Of a stretch of DNA of 36,770 nucleotides, positions 9,562-19,392 are shown piece after piece. The translations under genes were made by a program, and so were the position numbers. Each line of letters begins with the position of its first letter. Within the stretch, counting starts at the first letter, position 1. The stretch comes from a virus (Duplodnaviria; Caudoviricetes), in IMG/VR virus record IMGVR_UViG_3300012971_000016, positions 1 to 36,770 of that record; one strand, written 5' to 3'. Below the pieces are notes generated by a model. It was not told the origin of the DNA. It made no database searches and was given only the letters and a program-made list of their open reading frames with translations.

Positions 9562-9718
9562 AGATCCAGAAGTACAACAAAAGTATATTGAACTTATGAC
9601 TCATATTCATAAATATCTTATCGAGAAAATAACTAAACCTGAGATGTGCAAAGATTGTGATATTATGCATGATTTAACGATTAATATTGATATAACTCAG
9701 CCGTGTGAGAAAGTATAA
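9542..9718 (+). CDS. Small Cys-containing protein
   Basis: RBS GAGGAG before ATG 9542. Confidence 0.6.
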   Translation: MTLKTLEDPEVQQKYIELMTHIHKYLIEKITKPEMCKDCDIMHDLTINIDITQPCEKV

Positions 9719-10141
9719 ATGAATCCTATTTGTAATGAATTAAATAATCAGATAATAGATAAAACATTATCTAATACTAAACTTTTATTTTTATGGTTTG
9801 AGGATATTTTTAATATTTTAGATAATTTTGATAATAAAAAAGATTTACTAAGTGAGCTTTTAGATATTAAAAATTCTATTATTATTCTTAATTATCATTT
9901 AATAAAGCCTTTGGTAAATGAAATGCATTATTCCTTTATGAGTGAAGAATCAAGGAATATAATTGAGATAATGAGACGTACTGAAATGGCAAAAGGCAAT
10001 GAAATGATAGAAAAAAAAATTAAACAGTATGAAAATATAAAACTTAAGAACCTACCTCATTTTACTCATCACCAATATACAGAATTTATGAAAGTTATTG
10101 AAAATTGTCGATCAATTCTAAAGAAATACATTAAACAATGA
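9719..10141 (+). CDS. Hypothetical protein
   Basis: Abuts previous stop; very AT-rich. Confidence 0.6.
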   Translation: MNPICNELNNQIIDKTLSNTKLLFLWFEDIFNILDNFDNKKDLLSELLDIKNSIIILNYHLIKPLVNEMHYSFMSEESRNIIEIMRRTEMAKGNEMIEKKIKQYENIKLKNLPHFTHHQYTEFMKVIENCRSILKKYIKQ

Positions 10142-10292
10142 TAAAAGTTGTGTAAATTACGAATGAACATAGAACAACACAAGGATAAAAATGGATAGTA
10201 TTTTTAATTTTATTAAATCTAAGATTTCTTTTAGAGACATTAATAAATGAAGGTAAATAACAACTTGATATAACACAACCATGTGGTAAGAA

Positions 10293-10469
10293 ATGATAGA
10301 ATTTAAAGGCTTAAGTATAGAGGATAATAATAATAATTCAACAATTGAGATGATTAAATTAGCTCATCTGAAATTATTATTATCTTTTGTTACAATATCT
10401 AATTTAGAATTAATTGAAATTAAACATATAATTCATGAGTTAGAAACAAAGATCAATGAAGGTAAATAA
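10293..10469 (+). CDS. 58-aa hypothetical protein (not in track)
   Basis: MIEFKGLSIED...KINEGK; lies between the 21-bp repeats. Confidence 0.5.
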   Translation: MIEFKGLSIEDNNNNSTIEMIKLAHLKLLLSFVTISNLELIEIKHIIHELETKINEGK

Positions 10470-10593
10470 CAACTTTTTTGAGAAATTTATTATTATTGCA
10501 ATAATAATTGCTTTTATTTTGGCTATTTTTAAAACGATATTTATTTATTACCATGGATTGCGATTACTTAATTATTTTATCGGGAATCAATGA
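10456..10593 (+). CDS. 45-aa single-TM protein (not in track)
   Basis: MKVNNNFFEKFIIIAIIIAFILAIFK...; ATGA overlap with terL. Confidence 0.5.
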   Translation: MKVNNNFFEKFIIIAIIIAFILAIFKTIFIYYHGLRLLNYFIGNQ

Positions 10594-11948
10594 ACATAGA
10601 ACAACAAGTTCATCTTAATCGTTTTAAACCTAGACCGTATCAGTTACCCATCCTTGATGCTATAGAAAATAAAGGATATAAGCGGGTACTAGCTATTCTT
10701 CCTCGGCGAGCTGGCAAAGATATTACGGCATTTAATTTAGCCATACGACAGTGTATTCGTAAAGTTTGTGTCGTTTATTATATATTTCCAACCTATAGCC
10801 AAGCTAAGAAAGTTATCTGGGATTCGGTTACTAATTCCGGTGATCGAGTATTAGATTTTATTCCCGATTCGTTAGTTGAATGTAAAAATGGTCAGGAGAT
10901 GAAAATACGGTTTAAGAATGGTTCTTTATTGCAATTAGTCGGATCAGATAACTATGATAGTTTAATGGGTACTAATCCTTTTATGTGTATTTTCTCAGAA
11001 TATGCGCTTCAAGATCCCCGCGCATATCAATATATACGCCCGATATTGACTGCTTCTGATGGAATTGCACTTTTTCTGAGTACCCCTCGAGGAAAAAATC
11101 ATCTTTTTGAGCTCTACCAAATAGCAAAAAACCTTGATAACTGGTTCTGTTATAAACTGACCGTAGAAGATACTCAACACATATCTCTTGCTGAAATAGA
11201 ACAAGAACGTGCAGAAGGAATTATGTCTGAGGATCTGATTCAGCAGGAATACTATACGTCGTTTGAAATGGGTGTTGAGGGAAGTTACTATGCTCATTAT
11301 CTTGATAAGATGCGGGTAAAAGGACAGATAGGACAAGTTCCCTGGGAAAATGGCTATAAAGTTCATTCGGCTTGGGATATTGGCTATCGAGATTCGACGA
11401 CTATTATATTTTTTCAGACTATTGGCATGACTGTTCGTATTATTGATTGTTATGAAAATAGCAAACAAGGACTTGAACATTATATTGATGTCTTAGAAAA
11501 CTTACCGTATTCATGGGGAAAACATATTGCCCCTCATGATATTAAAGTACATGATTTTTCGACAGGGAATACCCGATTTGAGAAAGCACGGCAATTAGGG
11601 TTTAATTTTACCGTAGCCCCCGATATATCTCTCCCCGATGGTATTGAAGCCGTACGTTCTACCCTGAGTAAAGTATGGATTGATGAACAAAACTGCAAAC
11701 CGTTACTTAAAGCATTAGAGAACTATCGACAAGAATATGATGCTAAGAAGAAGATCTATAAACCGCAGCCGTTGCATGATTGGTCTTCACATTTTGCTGA
11801 TGCCATGAGATATTTATGTATATCATTACCAAAAACACGTGATAGTTTATCGCCACAAGAGTTAGAGCGTCGTTATCAAGAAACATTAGGTGGTGGCGAT
11901 CAGAGTCATTTACCACCCGTTTTTAGAACTGATTTACCGGAATATTGA
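10590..11948 (+). CDS. terL: Terminase large subunit
   Basis: PRPYQ, Walker A RRAGKD, Walker B IFSEYA, STPRG coupling motif, nuclease WDIG and SHFADAMRY. Confidence 0.96.
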   Translation: MNIEQQVHLNRFKPRPYQLPILDAIENKGYKRVLAILPRRAGKDITAFNLAIRQCIRKVCVVYYIFPTYSQAKKVIWDSVTNSGDRVLDFIPDSLVECKNGQEMKIRFKNGSLLQLVGSDNYDSLMGTNPFMCIFSEYALQDPRAYQYIRPILTASDGIALFLSTPRGKNHLFELYQIAKNLDNWFCYKLTVEDTQHISLAEIEQERAEGIMSEDLIQQEYYTSFEMGVEGSYYAHYLDKMRVKGQIGQVPWENGYKVHSAWDIGYRDSTTIIFFQTIGMTVRIIDCYENSKQGLEHYIDVLENLPYSWGKHIAPHDIKVHDFSTGNTRFEKARQLGFNFTVAPDISLPDGIEAVRSTLSKVWIDEQNCKPLLKALENYRQEYDAKKKIYKPQPLHDWSSHFADAMRYLCISLPKTRDSLSPQELERRYQETLGGGDQSHLPPVFRTDLPEY

Positions 11949-11949
11949 A

Positions 11950-12183
11950 ATGAAATCAAAACATTATTTAATTCAAAAGATGTTGGAATGTTTTTGTTGT
12001 TGCGAATATATATATTTTCTTTGTAAAAAGGCGCGCGGAGATATATTATGGTCAAAGATGGATACAAAAGAGAGATACGATTATCTTATTGATTTTTTAA
12101 ATAATAAACCTGACTATTTATTTATTTGTATTCATAATGATTCATTAAAATGTGAAAATAAATGCGAATTACACTGTAAATAA
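11950..12183 (+). CDS. Small Cys-rich protein
   Basis: ATG just after terL stop; multiple Cys. Confidence 0.55.
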   Translation: MKSKHYLIQKMLECFCCCEYIYFLCKKARGDILWSKMDTKERYDYLIDFLNNKPDYLFICIHNDSLKCENKCELHCK

Positions 12184-12194
12184 AAAGCAAAATA

Positions 12195-12518
12195 ATGGAA
12201 GAAATAGATTATCATCTAAAAAATTATATAAGTTTCTTTAAAGAAATTAATAAAGGACATAAAACTATGAAACTTATACTATTACCATTTTTAATGATAT
12301 GTTCTCTTTCTGGTATGTTTATTGAAAAGAAGGCTAAGACTATTCGTCTTAAAGTAGCTGTTGATGATGATTATTGTACGATAATAGAAGTTTCTTCAGA
12401 CAGAAGAAATAGATCCAGTGATAATATAATTCTTGAAATACATAAAAATAGTACTCCTATTCAACTCCTGAATATAGAGGTACCTGAAATAATAAAAATT
12501 GTTGATCAAAAGAAATGA
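12195..12518 (+). CDS. Hypothetical protein, possibly secreted (alternative start 12267)
   Basis: MKLILLPFLMICSLSG signal-like segment preceded by AAGGA. Confidence 0.55.
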   Translation: MEEIDYHLKNYISFFKEINKGHKTMKLILLPFLMICSLSGMFIEKKAKTIRLKVAVDDDYCTIIEVSSDRRNRSSDNIILEIHKNSTPIQLLNIEVPEIIKIVDQKK

Positions 12519-12522
12519 TATT

Positions 12523-12843
12523 ATGAAAATAAAAACAACAGAAATAATATTTAATACAAAAACCTTTTTCCCTTCAGAAGTTAGCGATAAAATACTTATT
12601 TTTTGTGGTCGACCCACTGAAGATCAATTTAAAGAACTTATCAATGTTAATAGAGAAGTAGAAATGACAGTTATTGAATATAAAGTAAAAGATAAAGAAG
12701 AAGAACAACGAGGGTATTGGGTGGAAGAAGAGATAGCTCTTCCCTATCTAAAGAAAACATTACCAGAAGAAGAATACTGGTATATAAAAGTTTTATTAGA
12801 TCAATATAAACATTCATTTATTAATAATGAAATTATCCATTAA
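12523..12843 (+). CDS. Hypothetical protein
   Basis: ORF following the previous stop. Confidence 0.6.
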   Translation: MKIKTTEIIFNTKTFFPSEVSDKILIFCGRPTEDQFKELINVNREVEMTVIEYKVKDKEEEQRGYWVEEEIALPYLKKTLPEEEYWYIKVLLDQYKHSFINNEIIH

Positions 12844-12881
12844 TATCTATGATGTTAAACCAATATACCAGATAATTCTAT

Positions 12882-12910
12882 TTGATAAAAATATAAAAAT
12901 ATTATATACT
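12882..12910 (+). promoter_or_regulatory. Sigma70-like promoter
   Basis: TTGATA-N17-TATACT. Confidence 0.55.
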
Positions 12911-13022
12911 TATGCAGAAGTGTTATGATTCCAACTTACATTTCTTTATATTTTATTAGAAGGATTGATCGGCTTGATTGTCTTATTTCAATCCTTCCCT
13001 AATTACCAAAGAATGTTTATAT

Positions 13023-13415
13023 ATGAGTACCAATAGTAATTCTACTACCCTGTCATTAAAAGAATTAATAAAAGAAAAAGAAACCTTACTTAATTTATTA
13101 GATAAAGTTTCTAATTTGATACGTACCTGTGAGAATCAACTAGTAGAATTAAAGTTTCATTTTCCTTTTAAAGTCTGTATAAAAGAAGAAGATTCTATAA
13201 AAGTTTATATCTCTTGGGAATTGGTAAAAGAAGATTCAAAAAATTACCGGTTATTTTTACTTATTGAATCTGAAGTGGAACAAATCTTAAGAAAACCATT
13301 TATTGAAACTAATTTAGAAATAAGACTTAAATATTCATCTTATTTAGGTAAATTTATAGATAGATATACTGATTATTTAAAAGAAATAAATGAGAAATTC
13401 ATTGGAATACTATAG
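13023..13415 (+). CDS. Hypothetical protein (moron-like)
   Basis: AT-rich ORF with its own promoter; start uncertain (12978 or 13023). Confidence 0.6.
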   Translation: MSTNSNSTTLSLKELIKEKETLLNLLDKVSNLIRTCENQLVELKFHFPFKVCIKEEDSIKVYISWELVKEDSKNYRLFLLIESEVEQILRKPFIETNLEIRLKYSSYLGKFIDRYTDYLKEINEKFIGIL

Positions 13416-13441
13416 AGAAACTATTTTAACATAGTTTTTTA

Positions 13442-13470
13442 TTGCAATCTTACGACTGCCTTACTAGAAT
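13442..13470 (+). promoter_or_regulatory. Promoter for portal operon
   Basis: TTGCAA-N17-TAGAAT. Confidence 0.6.
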
Positions 13471-13510
13471 ATAACCAACTAGAATATCTTCTAATTAAGG
13501 GTAGTAATCT

Positions 13511-15523
13511 ATGTTATTCCCACAACTTGGCCCCCAATATTATGATGAACGTGATCGTGGTATGCTTTCTCGTATGGAGGCAGCCTATGCTGAATCTATA
13601 ACAATTAATCAATCTTTTTGGTCTGAAGCAGATACTGATACTCGTTTTGAATGTGGTGATCAAACTTTATGGAATGATTTATACGGTAATCTTCCCGCTA
13701 ACCGTCGCAGACAATTTAATTTTAATCGAATCCGTCGGGTTATTAATATGATTAGTGGCCATCAACGACGTAATCGGAAAAGTACTATTGTAACTCCGGT
13801 AGAGAATGGTGATAATGAAACTGCAGATCAATTTACCAAAGTTTTAATATGGTTAAACAATCAAGAAGGAATTCTTGAAACTATCTCTGAATCCTTTCAT
13901 GGTGCATTGGTGACTGGTATGAACCTACTTCATGTTTGGATGGATTATCGGGAAGATCCTATCAGTGGAAATATCAAAGTAGATAACTGCTCTTATAACT
14001 CGTTTCTGATAGACCCTTATTTCCGTAAACCGGATCTGTCTGACTGTAATTTTTTGTGGAAACGTTCATTTCTTACTAAGCGTGAAGTTATCTCATTAAT
14101 TCCAGATCATACAGAAGAAGTATTAGGTCTTATTGGTAATGATTCTGGTACGGGTCGTGATGGTAAATTTCAGTTTATGCCTGAATCATATAATTATGGC
14201 ATGAAGAATCTATTAACCTATGATGAATTTTATTATCGAGATTATCGCAAACAGAAGATGCTGGTTGATCGCCAAACGGGCGAAACAATGGAGTGGAAAT
14301 CAGAAGATCAAGATCGCTTAAAGTTATTTATTCAAACGTATCCCCAAGTAACCGTTATTGAACAAGATATTCCGACCGTACGTTTAGCAATTGTAGTCCA
14401 AGGAAAAGTATTTTATGATGCACCACAACCCTGTGGTATTGATCATTATCCGTTTGTGCCCGTATTAGGATACTATAATCCGCAACTTCCCTATTTTCCA
14501 TGGAGAATTCAAGGGGTAGTTCGCGGCTTACGCGATGCACAATATCTCTATAATCGTCGCCGCGTAATTGAACTTGATATTCTTGAATCACAAATTACCT
14601 CAGGATGGGTATATAAAGAAGATGCATTAATTAACCCTAAAGATGTGTTCTTATATGGACAAGGTCGTGGGTTAGCATTAAAAGCTGAAGCACAAATGAG
14701 TGATGTCCAACAAATACCAGCTCCTCAAATACCACCTTCAATGATTCAACTTTCAGAATTATTAGCGAAAGAAGTTGAACAGATATCGGGAGTTAATGAA
14801 GAATTACTTGGTTCAGCAATGGATGATAAAGCGGGTGTTCTTTCTATGCTTAGACAAGGGGCCGGATTAACGACCTTACAAAGTTTATTTGATCAATTAG
14901 ATCGCTCTCAAAAGTTACTGGGTAAAATTATGATTGATTTAATTCAGGCTAATTTTACCCCAGGCAAGATACAAAAAATATTAGAAAATCAACGACCAAC
15001 TCCACAATTTTATAATAAGGCGTTTGGAAAATATGATGCAACTGTTGAAGAAGGGCTCAACACTACCACCCAACGACAAATGCAACTCGCTCAAATGTTG
15101 CAACTGCGTGAAGTCGGGGTACCTATTCCCGATGATGTATTACTTGAAGCTGCTACCGTACAAAATAAAAAGAAAATTATCGAATCTATTACGCAAGCTC
15201 AGCAGCAACAACAACAAATGCAAAACATGCAACTCCAATCTGCCCTTCAGGAACAACAGGCGCGTACCGAATTGGCGCAGGCCCGTGCAAAAGCCGACGA
15301 AGGTCTTGGATTAGAACGGGTATCTCGTATACAAGAGAATCAAGCACTTGCGGTTGAAAGAAGAGCAGCTGCGGTTAAAGATGAAGAGCAAGCAATGCTT
15401 AATCTTATTAAATCTCTCAAGGAGATTGATGAGGTTGATCTTAATCATATAGAAAAACTCCTCTCTTTGGCCCATATTATTAAAAATGCTGAAAAACAAA
15501 CTCAAGGAACTATAAATGGATAA
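13511..15523 (+). CDS. Portal protein (P22/podovirus-like)
   Basis: 670 aa after terL; FNRIRRVINMISG, YPFVP, GVVRGLRDAQ..N motifs; Gln-rich C-terminal barrel. Confidence 0.92.
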   Translation: MLFPQLGPQYYDERDRGMLSRMEAAYAESITINQSFWSEADTDTRFECGDQTLWNDLYGNLPANRRRQFNFNRIRRVINMISGHQRRNRKSTIVTPVENGDNETADQFTKVLIWLNNQEGILETISESFHGALVTGMNLLHVWMDYREDPISGNIKVDNCSYNSFLIDPYFRKPDLSDCNFLWKRSFLTKREVISLIPDHTEEVLGLIGNDSGTGRDGKFQFMPESYNYGMKNLLTYDEFYYRDYRKQKMLVDRQTGETMEWKSEDQDRLKLFIQTYPQVTVIEQDIPTVRLAIVVQGKVFYDAPQPCGIDHYPFVPVLGYYNPQLPYFPWRIQGVVRGLRDAQYLYNRRRVIELDILESQITSGWVYKEDALINPKDVFLYGQGRGLALKAEAQMSDVQQIPAPQIPPSMIQLSELLAKEVEQISGVNEELLGSAMDDKAGVLSMLRQGAGLTTLQSLFDQLDRSQKLLGKIMIDLIQANFTPGKIQKILENQRPTPQFYNKAFGKYDATVEEGLNTTTQRQMQLAQMLQLREVGVPIPDDVLLEAATVQNKKKIIESITQAQQQQQQMQNMQLQSALQEQQARTELAQARAKADEGLGLERVSRIQENQALAVERRAAAVKDEEQAMLNLIKSLKEIDEVDLNHIEKLLSLAHIIKNAEKQTQGTING

Positions 15524-15734
15524 TCTAAACATTAAAAATGTTGAATTAGCATTTGTTTCTTTTTTGGAAAGCTTATTACCTAAAATATTGCCTGGAAAAA
15601 ATGAACATGTTATTGAATATTATGAAGCAGTTGAAGAACTTATTTCTTCGTTAACTAACTCGGAACAAAGAATGCTTATTGTTATGCTTGATGAAATATT
15701 TTCACGCGTAAAAGAGGCATATGGATTAGAATAA
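15516..15734 (+). CDS. Hypothetical protein
   Basis: RBS AAGGA; overlaps portal stop. Confidence 0.6.
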   Translation: MDNLNIKNVELAFVSFLESLLPKILPGKNEHVIEYYEAVEELISSLTNSEQRMLIVMLDEIFSRVKEAYGLE

Positions 15735-15821
15735 ATGCCCTTCCTCAGAACGTATCTGAGTAGTTAGAGGTGTTATAAACCTTGTCCTTTAAGAGGGACA
15801 GTTTCTACAAAGGAGCCAATC

Positions 15822-16223
15822 ATGGCAAAACGTTATCACCATTCAAAACGCAGACATGAAAAACATGTACACAATCCCGGTATCAATCATGAAGCGGATC
15901 GTTTTAATGATGAACATCATCGAGATAAAGATCCCCGTGATGGTGCCATGGGATTCAATAATAAATTAGCGATGCGTGCTAATATGAATGAATTCTATGC
16001 CGGTATGGAACCACGCCGACGTCAAGAGATTGAAGATATGGGAATGATTCATGAAGATCATCGAGCAATTGCTAATCTTCCGCAAGAAGTGATGATTAAG
16101 CCGTATCCGCGAACTGGGCCATATCTTCCCGAAGGTTTAGATGATACGATTCGTGGCGTTGACATGCAGATGGATTATGATGATGAACAACGTCGTAATC
16201 ACTTCTACCCGAAAAAGGTATAG
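15822..16223 (+). CDS. His/Arg-rich protein, paralog of 16475
   Basis: RBS AAGGAG; shared EFYAG..PRRRQE motif. Confidence 0.8.
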   Translation: MAKRYHHSKRRHEKHVHNPGINHEADRFNDEHHRDKDPRDGAMGFNNKLAMRANMNEFYAGMEPRRRQEIEDMGMIHEDHRAIANLPQEVMIKPYPRTGPYLPEGLDDTIRGVDMQMDYDDEQRRNHFYPKKV

Positions 16224-16264
16224 TTCAACTCGTGACAAAATGTCACGGATTGAAAGGAAAGATT

Positions 16265-16411
16265 ATGCCAAGTATGCCACGATTAAAAGGTAAACCAACT
16301 AAGATCGCCTATGCTATTTTAGGGGTTCCTGCTAATTTACGTAAACAACCGAATCGTGATCCACGGGTAGATCGTCGGTTGTTATTTGAAGAAACACAAC
16401 GGGTACGATAA
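16265..16411 (+). CDS. 48-aa basic protein (not in track)
   Basis: RBS AAGGA; MPSMPRLKGKPTKIAYAILGVP... Confidence 0.6.
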   Translation: MPSMPRLKGKPTKIAYAILGVPANLRKQPNRDPRVDRRLLFEETQRVR

Positions 16412-16474
16412 TAGTTCCTTTTTTCAGAGAAAGGGGGGATCCTGACGGGTCTTCCCTTGCCAAAGGAGAGTAAG

Positions 16475-16957
16475 ATGGCAAAAAAAATGAGATCAGAAGG
16501 GTTTAGTAAACCAATTAGAAACCGTGGTGAAGATATTGGACAACCACGTGCCAATGTTAAATATGATTATCAACCTCAAGATCAATATTCAGATAAAGCC
16601 CAAGAACGTGCTATAAGACGTCATGAAGTGCGGGCGATTTATGATCAAATGTATCGTGAAAATCAAGAGCGAGATCAACGGGCATTCGAACGTTTACGTG
16701 AAATGAAAAATGAGTTTTATGCGGGGGTAGATCCTCGGAGACGTCAGGAGTTATCTGATGCGGGTATGATAAGAGAAGATCATAATGCAATGGCTAATCT
16801 GCCACGTCAAGCACAACATCATGAATTTCCGCAACAACCCTTTTATGAATCACCCTATTTTGCTGATATAAGACGAGGAGTTGATCCTGAGCGTGATGAT
16901 GATGGTAAATCAATGGCTCGTTATTTAAATCCACGTGATTCCTATACGGAGAAATAA
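16475..16957 (+). CDS. Charged protein, paralog of 15822
   Basis: RBS AAGGAG before ATG 16475. Confidence 0.8.
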   Translation: MAKKMRSEGFSKPIRNRGEDIGQPRANVKYDYQPQDQYSDKAQERAIRRHEVRAIYDQMYRENQERDQRAFERLREMKNEFYAGVDPRRRQELSDAGMIREDHNAMANLPRQAQHHEFPQQPFYESPYFADIRRGVDPERDDDGKSMARYLNPRDSYTEK

Positions 16958-17175
16958 TGAAGAAAAAATTACATAAAAAACATCATGGTAAAAAATTAAT
17001 CAAGAAGAAAAAAAATAAAGAAGAGAAAGTAATGCATGAATTTAAAGAAGGCAAGCTTCATAGCGGCTCCAAAAAAGGGCCTCTCGTGAGTAATCGTAAA
17101 CAAGCCATTGCGATTGCATTATCAGAGGCTCGTAAAGCGGGAGAGAAAGTTAAGCCTAAAAAGAAAAGAAAATAG
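16957..17175 (+). CDS. DUF6496-like Lys-rich small protein
   Basis: KVMHEFKEGKLHSGS...NRKQAIAIALSEARKAG. Confidence 0.8.
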   Translation: MKKKLHKKHHGKKLIKKKKNKEEKVMHEFKEGKLHSGSKKGPLVSNRKQAIAIALSEARKAGEKVKPKKKRK

Positions 17176-17227
17176 CTCATATAGCGCTCTCTATTCCTCA
17201 TTCACTTACCTATTTTTTTGTGTTGCT

Positions 17228-17258
17228 GAAGAACCTCCTATTACGGAGGTTCTTCTAT
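17228..17258 (+). terminator. Hairpin terminator
   Basis: GAAGAACCTCC-TATTAC-GGAGGTTCTTC, 11-bp stem. Confidence 0.65.
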
Positions 17259-17387
17259 TGTCCCGGAGTTACCGCAGGACACACTTAAAATGAGTACATT
17301 AGTTGAATTATACCATAAAAAAGAGCATAGTATGATACAAATATCAGTTGTCGACAATTTGTCGACAGTTCAAAAGGGAAGAGCATA

Positions 17388-17867
17388 ATGAGAGATACCG
17401 TCGGAAAAATATCAACTGAATTATTGAAAAAAGAACCTGATACTCGAAGTCCGATAGAACTTGAACGAGAGATGCATAAAGAGTATGAGCAGAATATCTG
17501 GGAATGTGTTGATCTCGGTAAAAAAGAATATCCGTCTGATTTTTTTGTAGTTGTTATCACCAAAAAAGAACGGTTAATGCAGAATGTTATCCGTAACTAT
17601 TTCTTTTCCCGTCTGACCTGTCCAACCCCTGATTATGATCAAACAGTTTATCAATATATGCGTAAAGATGACGCATTGGATTTCTTATGGGTTATTCCCT
17701 CTCAAGATACCTGTCAGTTATTTATGCAAAATGCATTACAGATACATCCCGATGAAAAATGGTTATTACAATTTATCTTAGATTTTGCTGATGGATCACT
17801 CTTTAAGTTAGCTAAGAAACTTAATAAAGAGATATCATTAGAATCACCTCTTATAAAAAAGGATTAA
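17388..17867 (+). CDS. Head-module hypothetical protein
   Basis: 159-aa ORF immediately upstream of the scaffold gene. Confidence 0.75.
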   Translation: MRDTVGKISTELLKKEPDTRSPIELEREMHKEYEQNIWECVDLGKKEYPSDFFVVVITKKERLMQNVIRNYFFSRLTCPTPDYDQTVYQYMRKDDALDFLWVIPSQDTCQLFMQNALQIHPDEKWLLQFILDFADGSLFKLAKKLNKEISLESPLIKKD

Positions 17868-17868
17868 T

Positions 17869-18588
17869 ATGTTTGATGAACAAACCTTAGGTAGTTTACC
17901 TGAAGTCCCTCAAGAAGAAACTCAAGAAACTTTAGTGCAAGAGACTCAACCTGCTCAGGAAAAACCTCAAGACACCGCTGCGATACCGCAAGAAAGTTTT
18001 AAACAACTGCGTGATAAAGCAGAAAAGGCTGAACGTGAACGTGACGAGCTTTATCGCAAGTTAAAAGCATATGAATCAGCACAATCTAATACGACTGATG
18101 AAGATATTAATATCGGTGCAGACGAATTGGCAGAAGGTAAACATCTTAATAAGGTACAACAAAAGATTAAGAAACTTGAAGCTAAGATAAATCAATATGA
18201 ACAACAATCAACTAATCTTTCAGTTGAAGCTAAATTGCGTAATCAATATCCTGATTTTGAACAAGTAGTATCTAAAGATAATTTAGATCTCTTGAGTGCT
18301 TCATATCCGGAAGTTTATAATACGTTACGTGAATCACAAGATATCTATTCTAAAGCAGTGAGTGCCTATACCATGATTAAAAAACTTGGCATAATGCCAC
18401 AAGATACCTTTAAAGAAGAAAAAGAGATTATTCAACGTAATACCGCTAAACCGAAACCGTTAGCGAGTGTTTCCCCGCAACAAGGAGATTCGCCGTTATC
18501 ACGGGCAAATGCGTTTGCGAATGGCTTAACTGATGAGCTTAAAGCACAATTACGTAAAGAGATGGAAGAAGCGCGTCGTAATATGTAA
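17869..18588 (+). CDS. Capsid scaffolding protein
   Basis: Acidic N-terminus, coiled coil, YPDF motif, short C-terminal helix; upstream of the MCP. Confidence 0.75.
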   Translation: MFDEQTLGSLPEVPQEETQETLVQETQPAQEKPQDTAAIPQESFKQLRDKAEKAERERDELYRKLKAYESAQSNTTDEDINIGADELAEGKHLNKVQQKIKKLEAKINQYEQQSTNLSVEAKLRNQYPDFEQVVSKDNLDLLSASYPEVYNTLRESQDIYSKAVSAYTMIKKLGIMPQDTFKEEKEIIQRNTAKPKPLASVSPQQGDSPLSRANAFANGLTDELKAQLRKEMEEARRNM

Positions 18589-18593
18589 CAGAA

Positions 18594-18613
18594 ATGGGCC
18601 CAGCTGGGCCCAT
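18594..18613. terminator. Perfect 20-bp palindrome between convergent genes
   Basis: ATGGGCCCAG-CTGGGCCCAT. Confidence 0.55.
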
Positions 18614-18615
18614 CA

Positions 18616-18873
18616 TTACCGTGAGAAAAAATCAAAGATATAAGACCATATACCAAATGCCGGTAATTGGTAATAATATATAAACCAGGTAAAACCACCA
18701 AACCAAACTACTGCTAAAAATAATAACCAATATTTGTTGGTTAATGCAGGATCTCCTAACATTTCCGGTAAAGATCGGTAATCTTTTGTTATTAATTTTC
18801 TCAATAATAACAAAATGAAACCAATAAGAAATATTTCAATTTGACCGATTAATACCTGGATTATTGTCCTCAT
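18616..18873 (-). CDS. Small two-TM membrane protein
   Basis: Two hydrophobic segments. Confidence 0.65.
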   Translation of the reverse strand: MRTIIQVLIGQIEIFLIGFILLLLRKLITKDYRSLPEMLGDPALTNKYWLLFLAVVWFGGFTWFIYYYQLPAFGIWSYIFDFFSR

Positions 18874-18891
18874 TCTTATTCTCTCTATTAA

Positions 18892-19392
18892 TTAAAAAGT
18901 TGGTGCGGCAGTTCCTGCTGCTAATGCTACATTTGCGGCAACTTCAATTGCTTCAAATGTTTCAACCATATGAAGAGCGGCTTCTCCACCGGTTACATAG
19001 AGAGCAACACCATATCCAATGGCACCGACTGCCTTAGTACTCCAATAACAAATACTCCCCAAAATAGGGCCGCCACCTAATCCACGGACATGTGATGTTA
19101 ATTTAAAGTCACCATTATCGAGCTTATGGATAGAGATATAACCCTGCTTAATAAACTCTTTCATCTGTGCTTTAGTAGCATGTCTAATGAATTGATCTTT
19201 ATCATAGTTATTAACAACGGATGATATACCATTATTCTTTACGACGAAATTATTACTATTATCTCGAAATAGTTTTGTTTTACCGATATGATGCGGTACA
19301 TACAGCTGCGATCCCTTAAATTTAAGAATATCTTGTGTCGCATAATTTGTACTACCGACTATTAAACTCATAACTAATAATTTTTTAAACAT
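18892..19392 (-). CDS. Secreted protein with RGLGGG motif and hydrophobic C-terminal helices
   Basis: RBS AAGGA; signal peptide MFKKLLVMSLIVGS. Confidence 0.75.
   Translation of the reverse strand: MFKKLLVMSLIVGSTNYATQDILKFKGSQLYVPHHIGKTKLFRDNSNNFVVKNNGISSVVNNYDKDQFIRHATKAQMKEFIKQGYISIHKLDNGDFKLTSHVRGLGGGPILGSICYWSTKAVGAIGYGVALYVTGGEAALHMVETFEAIEVAANVALAAGTAAPTF

Larger units (their letters stand above)
10162..10606 (+). repeat. Nested direct repeats: 18 bp (10162/10589) and 21 bp (10246/10455)
   Basis: AATGAACATAGAACAACA twice; AATGAAGGTAAATAACAACTT twice. Confidence 0.9.

Noticed and set aside
18585-18596. GTAACAGAAATG as another intron 3' end
   Set aside because: It overlaps the scaffold stop codon, with no adjacent P9.1 partner or P10 match found.
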